DNA from: Ophelia neglecta
Lineage: Eukaryota
Assembly (NCBI GenBank): GCA_965285935.1
Contig: OZ260661.1
Coordinates: 144,026,001-144,090,000, forward strand
Direction of reading: 5' to 3'
Length of the DNA stretch: 64,000 nucleotides
The translations under genes and the position numbers were made by a program. Under the pieces are notes generated by a model. That model saw only the letters and a list, made by a program, of their open reading frames with translations. It did not search any database and was not told the origin of the DNA. The number at the start of each line of letters is the position of its first letter. The stretch's first letter is position 1. This document shows, piece by piece, positions 1-13,010 of the stretch.

Positions 1-520
1 GTTCAGAATGTGATAAGTATTTAGCGTGTGAGATATATCTAACTGCCTTCTTTTGCAACTTATTGATACGGAATGTTTTAGTTCCCCAGGCTAAGATGCA
101 ATAATTAATATGAGGTAAAACTAGTGTATTATAAATTGTCCTTAGTATTAGGCTGGGAACTGTAAATTTTAGGCGATTTATGACCCCAAGTACTCTTAAT
201 ATTTTAGTGGCAACCTTGTTTATATGGTTAGTCCAGTCAAGATTTTCACTAATCACCAGACCAAGAAAGTCAAAACTATCCACTGACTCAATTAAAGTAT
301 TATCTATTCTAATTTCTAATTTTGGCACTTTCTTCTGCCGCATTTGCATGGTCATATATTTAGTCTTACTTACATTTAATGAAAGTTTGTTTAATTTGAG
401 CCAGTTATTTATTTTAATAAGTTCTGAATTAATTAGTTTACTCATACCCTCACCTACATCTTTGGTGGTAAAAGTTTGAAGAGTGCTTGATAGAGTGGTG
501 TCATCCGCATAGATGATATA
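1..520 (-). mobile_element. 5'-truncated CR1/L2-group LINE, RT C-terminal part, running off the window start
   Basis: Minus-strand translation gives IIYADDTTLSSTL (about 485-517), DSFDFLGLVISENLDWTNHINKVATKI and IYNTLVLPHINYCILAWG; same clade motifs as the LINE at 57531-58271. Confidence 0.85.
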
Positions 521-2476
521 TGGAAGATCTTACTGGCTCTGTATAGTGATCGTGTGTTTTGTCACAATTACATAATCTGCATTCTTTATGAGTACCGCTT
601 ATCTTGTACATGTATTATATACAACACACCAGTATACAGCTGCACGTTTTTCCATGTACAAATGTATAAGCCGAAAAAAAAATAAAAAAAATATTGAGAT
701 TGCTAAGTAGTCTGGGGAAAGTAGACCAAGTTCAGTTTGGATTCATTGTAATACTAATATCATTGATATTATTAATATCATTGATATTAATTTCCACTGA
801 TTTAGAAGGAGGATTACACATGAATTTCAAATTTCAGTATAAAATGTATTAGATATTTCTGCGTGTAGTATATGCTGTGAAGGTTTTCTTGTAATGTTGT
901 AATGTCAATAGACAATATTAAGTTTAAGGTGTACTTAATACAGCGAGGAAATGCATTATTTCCTCCCCATATTATTAGTTGTAATTAATCATTCACAATG
1001 TCCCTATGAATGAAAATTTACTGTCATTTTTCCTTATCAAAACTATTTACTATGATAATATGTTATTCAAGCTTTTATTCTGTTATTGTGTAACTTGGTG
1101 ATATATATATATGTTGCTGTCTACGATAAGAGTTGAGAAATGTCTTAATTTCGCGTGGGTCTGTCACCCAGTTGTCGGTGTAGTAAAACACTCTTTTATG
1201 TATAAACAAAGTATAAAAGCAAAGCAGTGATTTTGAAATGTAACTTTGTCTGTGGTGGTGGCGGCAGAGAGACTGTAATTGCATAGTAAAAGTATTGACA
1301 GCAGCAACCAATGTAATAATGACATCGCTCGTTTTGCAATACTAGGCTGATCGCACATGTAAACAGCTGTGTACGAAATTGGACAAATGTTCTCTGTTTG
1401 CGAAAATAATTGATTATTACATAAGGGAATTAAGTAACATTACAAAGCAGTTCAGTGTGTTAGTTCAATATAATATCATTTTCCTGTTCTGCATAAATTA
1501 AGGAGGTATTATTCAAAATCAGACATGAGCAAAGCAAGGTTAGCTTTCGGTCAGCTTCAACGCTTACTAATACATAAATATATATATACATGTGTATCCT
1601 CATATAACTTTATATATCTTTTAGAAAGTTTAATTTACACTGATATGTGATGAAATGGAACAATTTTCCTTCAATAACTTAACTTATGTTAAAATTTAAA
1701 GATTATTGATTTCATCAGTTTTTAGGATCACTTTTACGAAGGAAATTTGAGATTTTCAACTGGTATTATATTTTCTCAGATTAATTCTGCAATTGGCCTT
1801 CAAATAGTTTGCTGTAGAATTAGGAGTTTATAACATTGCTATTACAAAATCAAATATATTACAGCTTCAAGCTTATGTAAAGTATAATTGATTTATTGTT
1901 TAAATTTTGTTGTTAATTAACTTAATCTCCAGATGGGAGGAATACAATATTATATTGTGAACGTGATTAGTGCTAGCAACAACATACATTTGTATACTCT
2001 TATGACTTATTTTGTTTATTTTGTTTATTTTGTTTTATAATTATTAGTTTTATAAGTTACAATCATGTAGATATTAATACTTAGGTCTTGGTTCCTTATT
2101 GTAAAACCAGTGCCGAACAGGTCCAATTCAATTGCCACAGTGGAGGGTTTAAATTCTTACTAAACATTCTACAATGTATGATCGTTTATAATAATGTTAC
2201 AGCCATTATTCACATATAATCGAACATTTACAATAAGAATCATGAACCTTTGGGCATCATTTCCCGATTATGTTTTTTTTTGTTTTGATATTTTGCTTTA
2301 TGCTTTCTATTGAATATTTCTAAAATAAAAATCGAATGAACCAATTGAAACATGACTTTGTCTCTTAAATAATACATGGGTAGCATAAGGAAATATGAGT
2401 CGTTGATAACAGCATTGATCATTAAACAAGGATGCATTATGTTTTTGGAACGCTTGAACAACTAATGATTTCTTAA

Positions 2477-4267
2477 GGGTATACCGAACCCCTACTGGAT
2501 GTTAAATGTTATAATTGATTTCTGTCGATCAATACAACAAAACTTTCATAATATATAGTGCCCACTAGCTACCAAGAAGCCAATGAGTGGAATTTTCTGA
2601 AAAAAATTGAAAATTATGACTTTGTAACACCTTTTGTCAGAAAATATAGGTATTTTTTTTTCAAAAGTTGCCATGTAGCACTGAAATTAATTATGAGTGT
2701 GACAGTTGTGCCAATGTGTTCCTAAGAGTGTAATCTAGTAAAAGGTCATTCAGAATTTCCTAATTCCTCTCCTAACCAGTGATTTTAATAGGTTTTGTAA
2801 CTAGTCATCTAATATAGTACCCCTTATTGGCTATCTTAACTTTGGCGATTGATTACTAATTAACGGAAAATCTTATAAAAAATCTGAGGGACCCTTCACT
2901 AGATCTAACTCTTGTTGACAAGTTCCCGTTTGCGGATTTTAATTCGGTTAGTTTGACGAGGCCAGCGTTGTTTGAAAATGATGAATAGCTTGCAATTTAA
3001 ACCAACTCATCTTCGCGGCTAATCAACAAAGAAGGCGCCGGAACACTGTTTTTCTCACTTGGACGCCTGGATTTGGCTTGATGAATTCTCTCTTTTTCAC
3101 TAGCCACTAGACTAGGGCAGTATATTCTGCTACAATCCCACAAACTGCCATCAAAAGCGTAATTTTGGGAGTTTAGTCGTTGAGTTTTAGTCGGTTGAAA
3201 TGTCACTCGTTCAGTTCCACGTGGTTAGCCACGCGGACAGATTTAATTTGGCTGTGATGCTGTCGCGTCAGCCCTTTTGGGCGGAGCCACGTAGGGGAGA
3301 TTAGTGGTATCAGACAGATCCTCTGTTTATATAAATAAGTTTAGCTAACTTGATCAAAATATAAATCATGCATCATCAGTTGGAAATTAATTAGCGAAAG
3401 AATAACCTGTGACTTCAGACATCGATTGATTATTGCAAATACCGTGTAATTCATATACAAAATAACTGTGGATGGTGGGATATTCCTAAAGGAAGGGACG
3501 GAAAAAGAGACCCTTTTCAAACATTTGTGATTAGATTGCGGCCAATTGTGGGATAAACTTTGCAATCGTCTGGTCTACGCCTGTAGAAATGGATTAGCCT
3601 AAGTTGAATTTGATACAATGAAATTCTCGGCGATAAATATACATCTAGTAATTTAGGAACTTTCGTTTCACGTTTGATCGCTCACATACACGCTTTCTCA
3701 CACACGCTATATAAACAGCATGTAAGACTACATGAACATGAAGCGCAATTATCTGTATTTGTCGTCATTTTCATCGGGCTCTATGTCAAAGCTTGCTATA
3801 CATTCTGTAGACTTATTATATACTATTATTGACAAGTTTATTGTCATATGAAAAATCGGAGACCGCCTCTTTCTTGTAGCCATTTTACATGTGTTCTATT
3901 AGTGATTTCTTGGGCACACTAACGTATTATGTACAGGTATCCCACCTGTCATAATATTCAGTTTATCACAACTATCAGTGATCCAGTGAGAGTGGGGAGG
4001 AGCCTAATTGCTATTGCCTAATGCTTCGTCATGCATGGCTGATCATTATGGTCATGTGACTAACAATACCATAACATGTCTTGTTTGTAAACAAACAATT
4101 AGCTGATGGGCATGAATAAAAATCCTTTATTTGAGTAAAATAGAAAATGCTAAGAATGAAAATAAACACACCAATGGATAGAGCAGATTAAGCTCTATCT
4201 AAAACAGTACATTTTTTAAAATCCCCCACTTATGCCATTTATCATCAACTAGGGGTTCGGTATATCT
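2477..4267. mobile_element. Non-autonomous TIR DNA transposon with TTAA target duplication (Kolobok-like; piggyBac less likely)
   Basis: TTAA at 2473-2476 and 4268-4271. Left end GGGTATACCGAACCCCTACTGGATGTTAAATG matches the reverse complement of the right end AGATATACCGAACCCCTAGTTGATGATAAATG. Purine-purine termini; no transposase ORF. Confidence 0.75.
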
Positions 4268-4359
4268 TTAAGCAAATGACAAACATTGTGTGAGTACCTA
4301 TGAGATATTAGTCGAGTTTGAGTTTGAAGCACTGAATACAATAATGAAACCAAGTCCAA

Positions 4360-4460
4360 AGCGTGGCCGAGTGGCAAGGGCATCCGCCTCAAGTGGCAGA
4401 TCGGGGTTCAAATCTCGATCGCGTCAAACCCAAGACATAAAAATGGGTACTAACTGGTGT
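4360..4460 (+). mobile_element. tRNA-derived SINE 5' fragment (possibly Meta-domain type)
   Basis: Pol III A-box TGGCCGAGTGG (about 4364) and B-box GGTTCAAATCT (about 4405), followed by CAAACCCAAGACATAAAAATGGGTAC, which resembles the MetaSINE central domain as I recall it; no full cloverleaf. Confidence 0.6.
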
Positions 4461-4704
4461 CAGTAAGGAACCGCCACCTTCCAGAGGGCCGTCCATACCT
4501 CCTTAGGCACCGCTTCTTATCACATGCCTGCCCCCATCTTTCCCCAGGCACCGCCCATGTCTTCCCAATGCACTTGCCCCTTCAAAAGGACTCGCCTCCA
4601 TCTTTCCTTAGGCACCGCCCCCTTTCACAGGCCGTCCATACTTTCCCCAGGCAGCGCCCCCTTCCCTAGGCCATGACAACATTCCCCAGGCATCGCCTTT
4701 CCCT

Positions 4705-5432
4705 CTTGACCACTCACAACACACACCGTAGTGCCCCCTTTGACCACTCCCATCACACACCATGGTGCCCCCCTTGACCACTCCCATCACACACGGTAGT
4801 CTCCCCTTAACCACTCCCATCACACACCGTAGTCTCCCCTTAACCACTCCCATCACACACGGTAGTCCCCCCTTGACCACTCACAACACACACCGTAGTG
4901 CCCCCCTTGACCACTCCCATCACACAAGGTAGTTCCCCCCTTGACCACTCCCATCACACACCGTAGTGCCCCCTTGACCACTCCCATCACACACGGTAGT
5001 CCCACCTTGACCACTCCCAGCACACAGGGTAGTCCCCTCTTGACCACTCCCATCACACACCGTGGTCCCCCCTTGACCACTCCCATCACACACCGTAGTG
5101 CCCCCTTGACCACTCCCATCACACACCGTAGTCCCCCCTTGACCACTCCATCACACACGGTAGTCCCCCCTTGACCACTCCCATCACAAACCGTGGTGCC
5201 CCCCCTGACCACTCCCATCACACACCGTAGTGCCCCCTTGACCACTCCCATCACACACCGTAGTGCCCCCTTGACCACTCCCATCACACACCGTAGTCCC
5301 CCCTTGACCACTCCCATCACACACGGAAGACCCCCCTTGACCACTCCTATAACACATCGTGGTGCCCCCCTTGACCACTCCCATCACAAACCGTAGTCCC
5401 CCCCCCCCCTTGACCACTCCCATCACACACCG
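4705..5432. repeat. 33-bp C-rich minisatellite, about 22 units
   Basis: Unit CCCCCCTTGACCACTCCCATCACACACCGTAGT repeated with point variants; degenerate GGCACCGCCC-containing repeats precede it (about 4470-4700). Confidence 0.95.
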
Positions 5433-7039
5433 ACATACGCGGGCTCCGCCTGTTAAAGGATTTCGGAAGTTGGCACTGAGGTTCATCAAAAATATTGACA
5501 AGCATGATAAAGAACGAATGATTTAACCTTTTTTGTCTGTAAAATTTCCATCTATATGACTGCTTCCTACACCCATTAACATGTAGCATGTCTTATCTTT
5601 AATTTGAGTTCATTTCAACGCCAAATGTCAGATTGAAAATTAAACTGTTTTGGAATATATTAAATACAAATCATAGGGCCCTTCATGCATCAAAACAGTC
5701 ACGTACCTCTAATATGTACTTGAGGCCTTCCAAGCCCACTGGCAAGAACACAGTATCGTCATCGTTGGCATTGTGATCAAATGATATTGCACGGTTGTAT
5801 AATACACAATGCGGCTTGTCCTGTAGATGATGTATATATAACTCATCCCTTAGTAGCTGAACTAATACTTTTCATACTGCTTTACTCCGTATCCACAGTG
5901 ATCACAGTATACGTGCTGCGGCCTGGCGAATGACAACCACACTTCAAGCATTCACTACTCACACACTGACACTCAACACAAAATAAGAAATTCATAAGAA
6001 AGAATCACATGGAATGAATTTCCTTATATAGGTCCTCAGCTGCCACTGTTCATTGTTCACGAATCGCAGTTCTCCCATGTTTTATTTTGAACTCTGAACT
6101 GGGGATCGCCAGATACTACATGTTAGGCCTGAACAGGCTCCTGGGCAACATCGTTTACCGACCTCTTGGCAATGGCAGTGCTAATAATCAGATCTAAAAG
6201 TTACACAATGGAAAGTGACGTCATCAAAGAGGTGACACATTTGTTATACATACATTAAACAAGTCCAGTCTGGGTACATTGTTGGACCGAAGCATTAAAA
6301 TTTGTCGCTGCATCTTTAATATGTACCCGAAACATACAAATTTCATGCAGGTGGTCTTGAACATGTAAATGCGTCTGATTATATTGTTTAGATACATAGG
6401 CCACCCCTTTCTTTCTTTTTTAAATGATGAAAATGTGATTTTCCAAGCCCGAATTGTCATGTGGTTGTACCCATAAGGCATGTATTAAAATGTGTTTCAA
6501 TTTGTGTTACAACTGACTTACACACCCTATTTGAATTTGACAGCTGTTCCTCTGATGCACCTATATGTATATTTTGCCAGTGATGTTTTCCCAGTTCTCA
6601 GTTAACACCATTATGAACACCATTACATGTATTTACTTTTTAACATCCTGTAGTTTATACATGACTCGGAGCTATAATTTTTCGAATGTTATTTTTGTTT
6701 AAACTGATCCTTTTACCTTTATTTAATTGCTTTTAAAACCATTTCACATCAGTTTGTCAACTCAACCAAATGTTACTGTACCCTAGCTCACTCAACCATT
6801 TCCCTACTGAAGCAATTCACTCAATATCAATAAAGCCCATGATTCTTTAAATTTGAACTCTTCAAATTTCTCAATCTATTAATGAATTCATGTCTGCAAT
6901 CTATATTACTTATTAAGTTCTTGTTTACATTCAAACATTTATTGTTTATCGATCATATTGATGCAGTTTTTATCCCCTCTGAACCCATTTATAACTTGAT
7001 TAACTACTTCACGTGTTTGTCTGCGGATATATGATCACT

Positions 7040-7213
7040 GGAAAGTGTGTGTGATGGTAGGACTGGCTGTCCTGATCAAGAAAACGAACATATTTGTGTG
7101 GAAGGCGTGGTCTAAGAATCCTTACTTCGGGTTTACATTGATATGTAACTACATGTAGCTGCACAGTATCCTTTGGCTTTTTCGTCCATTAAGGGTAATC
7201 CGGTGTGTAACGA
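7040..7213 (+). pseudogene. Old relic of the LDLa region of a GRL101-like receptor paralog
   Basis: GTGTGTGATGGTAGGACTGGCTGTCCTGATCAAGAAAACGAACATATTTGTGTG...CGGGTTTACATTGATATG...CAGTATCCT...GGTAATCCGGTGTGTAAC aligns with 14270-14435 (VCDTRSDCPDQEDERIC...RVYIDM...EYP...GEPVCN); contains in-frame stops. Confidence 0.8.
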
Positions 7214-7459
7214 CATTGAAACAATTCCTTATCAAAAAAATCCCCGGCTTATGTGGTTCATAGTTGAGTGCTAGGAATGGTGTGAATAAAAAGCGTTTAC
7301 GGGTTGTAAAGGAGAATGTTAATGTGGACCAGTATGCGAGTGGTAATTTCGCATTGATGGGAAGTACAGGCAGTATTAAATGTATTAAAGAAATGTTTAG
7401 CGCTAATGATAATGGGATTTAGTTATTTGGAAAAGTCCACGGTGCCTGGAAAAAAAGTA

Positions 7460-7960
7460 TCTCAGATGAACTGAATAACATGCTTTATGATTTTATCTAG
7501 AATGGCGACAGGCCAAAAGTGGGCAAATAAAATATGCATTGTGTCAAAATGGTGAACAAAGTAGTGTAAGTCCATCCAGTGACATTCTAAACTCTGAAGG
7601 TTAGCAGCGATAACAAAGAATATATAGTATGTTGGATGAGCGCCAATCGTTGTTTAAATGTCTGGTAAAAGAAGCCAATGCTTGTGACTTTTTGAACCCA
7701 GGTACTGGATCTTAAAAGCGGGTGACAAATACTACTATGTTTTGGTCGAAAGGGACTCATTTAGCTCGGAGGAAGGCTTACTATTTTTTGGGATGTAGAA
7801 TATGATATAAGCTTTTGACCAATTTGAAATACATATTTTCTAAAAAATGAAAGGCTTACATTACTCGTAAAGCGCTTTTATGATCAAGTCTGTTTCACAT
7901 TAATACATTTACTTGATCCAGTAACTGGTAAAATCCCATATCACTAGCAAATAAATACAA
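7460..7960 (+). mobile_element. Highly degraded L1/Tx1-like ORF2 fragment
   Basis: Only scattered motifs such as MLYDFI*NGDRPKV and FFWDV, resembling the post-RT region. Confidence 0.3.
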
Positions 7961-8078
7961 GTACAATGTAGCATATAGATAAATATGCATGCCTTTAGAC
8001 TGTCTAAGTGTATGTTACAGAGCTTCTACGGGCAATGAGAACATTTACCGACTGTGCGTTTTCTACGGCCGCTGAGTA

Positions 8079-8205
8079 TGACGTCAAGATACATGTATTC
8101 TAGGTAAAGCTACTTGCTACGGGCGCGCTTGCCGAGACCGTACGCCTGGTCCATCTTGGTATAGGTGAAAGTAAAAAGTCGACCAGCACACACCGCGGCT
8201 ATAAA
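8079..8205 (+). promoter_or_regulatory. Putative promoter of receptor copy 1: CRE palindrome plus TATA-like box
   Basis: TGACGTCA at 8079-8086 and TATAAA at 8200-8205, upstream of the ATG at 8279; both conserved in the paralog. Confidence 0.45.
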
Positions 8206-10085
8206 CCGACGAACTCCCTGAAACTCAAGCGAAAGGCACGGAAAGGTGCCTACTTGCTGGAAATTACCGAAATCTAACATGGCGAAGGAGAATTTGTTCA
8301 GGCTATTTGTTATATTCATCATTAAAATAATCGGTGTCCATTGTTTGGAAGACGCTGCACAGAGTTACATAACTCGTCTGGCATTTATTTCTATGAAATC
8401 CCATGGAAATATACAGGACACGCTTGCTGCTACAGCATCAAAGCTTATTCAGTCCACTGCTCACTGCCACCCACGTCCTATGAAGGGTCCTTCCAGAATA
8501 TACCCCTACTCTCCCTGTGGCATTGTTCATTCCGGAAGCGAGGACTTTGGTATGTCCGCATACTGGAAATTAAGCGTTCACAAAACGTTAAACATTAATC
8601 TTACAATTGTTCACTTGTTACTAGAGGATTCCATGTATAAATGCCAGTTTGAGAGGCTAATTTTGACGGTTACGCTGCCTTCTGGTGTTGATATACAACG
8701 CGCATATTGCGGACATATCGTCCCTCGGAGCATCTACATAGAATCAACCGAACTAAGTTTACAATACCTTAATGACAACTCACCTACAGGAGAAAATGAC
8801 GGATTGGCGAAAGGCATTATTATTCTGTATCAAATTGTTAGTGCATATTGTTAGAACAATTACCAAAGACTTGGAAACAGTATAATTTATCATAATATGC
8901 CCCGCTTCCACACTCATAAAGAAAGTTTCAGGATAACCATACTAGCGGATTATAGTGAGCAGATCCGTAGCAGTCTCGTTGGGAACGTAACCTGTTATGA
9001 TGTTCATGGTTTTGACGGACCCTTGAGTGTTTTGGCCAAACTTACCATGCGGGTGAAGTCATCTGATAAAATCTACTTTGAAAAATCAACCGCATTCATA
9101 ATATCAATGCAAATTAAAATCTCAGATTCACCACATTGCCTGGGCTCAAGGAATACTCTTGATTTGAAAATAGCATTTCAGGTCACGGTAATAGTCTTTT
9201 CCCCATCAACTTGTTTCGAGGGTTTTGGAAGCCAAACTTCTTATAGAAGCGATCACAGGTGCCCTGGGACATGCTGTATTAGCTCTCATATAGTAAGCAC
9301 AGAACCGGGTAGTTTTATAGACTTGCAGATAACCAAATACAATATAGCCGGACCTAATACAGATGACTGTCGTTATCGTGGAGTAGCCATATTTGAAGCT
9401 TCCAGGACACTCATGCTGCATCATTCTATAGCGCAACGCGGGACAAATAGATTCTTCAATGCTTATGCTCCAGTCAGTGTGTTTTGTAAATCTGTTTGGA
9501 CATGGGAGACCAGCACAAAACAGCCTCTGATCACACGATACCGCAGCAGTACTCATGCCGTGGCTGTTTTTATTTATTTATTTCCAATGCCTGGTAGTTT
9601 TCTGAACATTACACTAAATCCAACTCGCAGCGAATGTCAAGGTAGATTTGCCTATTGCAAGCCTATAAAAAATTATGAAGCTATACCAATATCAAGTGTG
9701 GCATACTTAAGATATAAAATACCGCTTGAGTACATTCAATATAATCCCTTTTGCCGCAAAAATGAACTTACTACAGACTTGTGGAGAATACAGCATTCTC
9801 ATGGCTACCTCTGTATATTTATGTTCCAATTAATTCCTTCAAATCTAGGCAGGAATCATAGAGCTGTTCGTTGTCAGGTATTACAGTACATTCCAACTTT
9901 CACTGAATGGCAGGCTACAAAAAGGTGTAGACTAGGTTTCAGTCCGGTGGACTTCGTATTAGAGGTCCTCGATATCACTACGGAACAACTGACAGAGAGA
10001 GTAGCGGCATGCAAGGCAATGTTGATGCCTTTCCATCAAACGATAAGTCGAAACACCCTTTACTCTGTTCATCCCGGTTGCCAAG

Positions 10086-11377
10086 GGCTTTGTGTTAAAA
10101 GCGAACGCGAAAATACGCGCGAAAGGCAAAAGCGAAACACTTTATACTACTCCAGTACTACTTTCTATGAGCTAAGATTATCGTGTTGTTACGCCTGGAC
10201 ACAAGGCCAAAGCAAATTTGTTAAGTACTCACTGATTGGCAGGGTCATCTCCATAGGGGTATGTACACAGTAAGCAGTGGCTCCACACAGCTAGGGGGGG
10301 GGGGGGGGGGGCTTTGATTTGGCTAGGTGTGAAGGATTTTTTTAAGGCTCTAAAGAGTTTAACTATAAATTAATTTCAGTACACATTTGTGGAAGGGAGG
10401 ACAATGGTGGAATAAACTTGTGGTGACAACCTACCTAAGGTGGTGAGGATACTTTTATCCAACTATATTTTAATGTATAGGCCTATTTTCAGAGGCCAAC
10501 TGTTGGAATTTTGGAAAAGTCTCATTTTTCAATTAAGTGGAACACATCGCCCTAATATAAATGTAGCAATGCAATTGTTGGTAGAAAAAAATGGGTTTAA
10601 AAATTATAGGAACAATCTCTCCCCAATCCTAGACAAGTAAAGATAACATTTATTATATTTATATCACTATTAAGATACATAGCCATAGTGCACATGCATG
10701 TACACGTACTAAAACAAATGGATTGAAAAAATTTAATAAACAAACACCACCACAATCCCAAAGAAGTATATATCTTAAATCTCTTTTATTGCTTTGATAT
10801 AAAATAACACAGTTTCTTCTAATTTGTACCATGTTTCTATAGGGTTAGAATAATATTTATTATATCTGTGTTGCCGCCTTCACTTGTAAACACATTAGTT
10901 GCTAGTAGATTATTTAACATCTGGCAAATATGTCCACCCTCATTGAATAGATATTTTTTTAAATATTTAAAAGGGTCATTTAAAAGCGGAACATTTTTCT
11001 ACTAGTGGTTTTGTGGTACAATTAGGAGGGGGACTTTTTTTTATATAGTTAGCTTTAATTGCTTTCCGTGATTGGCATGAAGAAGTCTAAGACACGAAGA
11101 AAGGCAATGCCCTGCCAGTACATAGGCCTATTATCCGCCATGTAATTTATATCCTACTCCGGCGTTCAGTCGGCGCCGCCCTATACATGGCGCATATAGC
11201 TCCGCGGTGGAGGTGCTTACGTATATGGAAATACACACACACACACAGACTAACAAAACAACCACACGAAGAGGAGCAAAATCGACCAGCCCGGCCCACT
11301 TCGATGGTAACCGCCGGCGTCCTAAGGGAATTCGGTCTCTCCTTAGAGGTGTAGAAGTCCAGCTTCTGCCGGCGTTC

Positions 11378-11410
<33 letters not shown>

Positions 11411-11777
11411 CGAGGCGCAGATACCGCCCGCACTGTTACCTCCGCTGTTTAGTGCCCACCGGTCCCTTGCAAAGTGCTTCTCGTGAATGACCAAACAAGA
11501 TTTTCCTCGAGTGTGTGCTTTGCCGGCTTTTTCATATTGCAATAACTGATTTTCTACATGGAAAAACGTTACATATTTAGATAGTACATTTGCCTTCGAT
11601 CACCAGTTTTCATCAAGTAGAACAATGTTGCTGAATTTTCTAAACCCGCCCTAACAAGCCTCTTCCAGGCACAACTACACGATAATGACAGGCCCGAGAA
11701 AGTAGTATTGAAGTAGTATAATATGTTTCGCTTTTGCCTTTCGCGCGTGGTTTCGCTTTTGCTTTTAACACAAAGCC
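10086..11777. mobile_element. Non-autonomous TIR DNA transposon with 9-bp TSD (MULE- or Merlin-like) inserted in exon 1
   Basis: TSD GTTGCCAAG at 10077-10085 and 11778-11786; imperfect TIRs of about 115 bp starting GGCTTTGTGTTAAAAGC; empty site in the paralog near 40150; internal (AC)n and (AATC)n. Confidence 0.92.
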
Positions 11778-12613
11778 GTTGCCAAGCATTTGCTCTATTT
11801 GCTAAAAGAAAATGGACCGGGGATATAACTGTCCAGTTAGCACATATAGATGAAGTATTGCCACTCATTGGCCCTGGAACACCCGTTGAAAAGTTTATTC
11901 AGGTATCGTCAGAATTCCACTATGAGAGACTTGAATATCATATTGATCTGAGTAACTTCACTTTTGCCAAACTGGTGGCCCACTACCAGTTCAGGTATAA
12001 ACTAGAAAAATATTATGAAGGTAACATCTAGGATTATGCAATCATGTACAGAAATGTGACAGTTATAGAGTTTAAACATTCAGGGGATTGTAGCAAAGTG
12101 TGTGTAGTATTTGCTGCGGCTCACAGACAACCGCACAAACTAAACGTGCTGGCAGAGACAGGCTGGTATTGGAGTAAGACTTACAACACAATAGTGTTAA
12201 ACAAGAGAAGCGCGTACAATTTTATGCATATATTCTATAATCTATACAATGTTAGGGTATTGTGGGCGGGCCCATTCATCTCCAGAGATAAATCTGCCCA
12301 GTGCGCGTTTAACCCAGCTTGCAGTGTGACGATGTCTGTTGATCCTTTTGTTCCTCTACGAGACCTAATCTCTCATCATCACATCATTGTGGACAAACAG
12401 TGCTGTGAAGAGAGTACAGCTTTTCATCTTAGTCTCTGGACGCCAATGGAACTTTCCTGGGTGGAAGCAGAAGAACGCTGTGTATCTGTTGGTGGTCATT
12501 TGCCGATTGCATCGACACCAAAGGAAATTACCATATTGGAAAATATCATTTTGGGGGCCAGATTTGATACCAACCGATTGCCATTCCCTAATCCATCACG
12601 ATTAAATCCACGA

Positions 12614-13010
12614 ATAGGCACATTTATTGGTCTTAATGCATCGGCGGTAAGTGCTTTATGGTAAACTCCGTGGATATAGTGACTTAATCATTTCTGTAAT
12701 TATCGCTGTGTGCAACACCTTCTAAACTCTAAGCTCCCACATATTGAATGATTAAATTGTAGTTTTAAAATTAGTCTAGGAGTTATCTGTCGTTCTTGCA
12801 AAGCCCAAGTTATAGGCACATTTATTGGTCTTAATGCATCGGCGGTAAGTGCTTTATGGTAAACTCCGTGAATATAGTGACTTAATCATTTCTGTAATTA
12901 TCGCTGTGTGCAACACCTTCTAAACTCTTAATCTCCCACATATTGAATGATTAAATTGTAGTTTTAAAATTAGTCTAGGAGTTATCTGTCGTTCTTGCAA
13001 GGCCCAAGTT
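12614..13010 (+). repeat. About 198-bp tandem duplication spanning the exon 1 end and the splice donor
   Basis: ATAGGCACATTTATTGG...GCCCAAGTT at 12614-12811 and again at 12812-13010; single copy in the paralog. Confidence 0.95.

Noticed and set aside
4360-4430. Functional tRNA gene
   Set aside because: A and B boxes are present but there are no complete cloverleaf arms; it continues into SINE-like body sequence.
4457-5589. Several repetitive ORFs (MGVVKGGLRCV..., TTPITHR..., CDGSGQGGTTV...)
   Set aside because: By-products of a 33-bp (multiple of 3) minisatellite, open in several frames on both strands.
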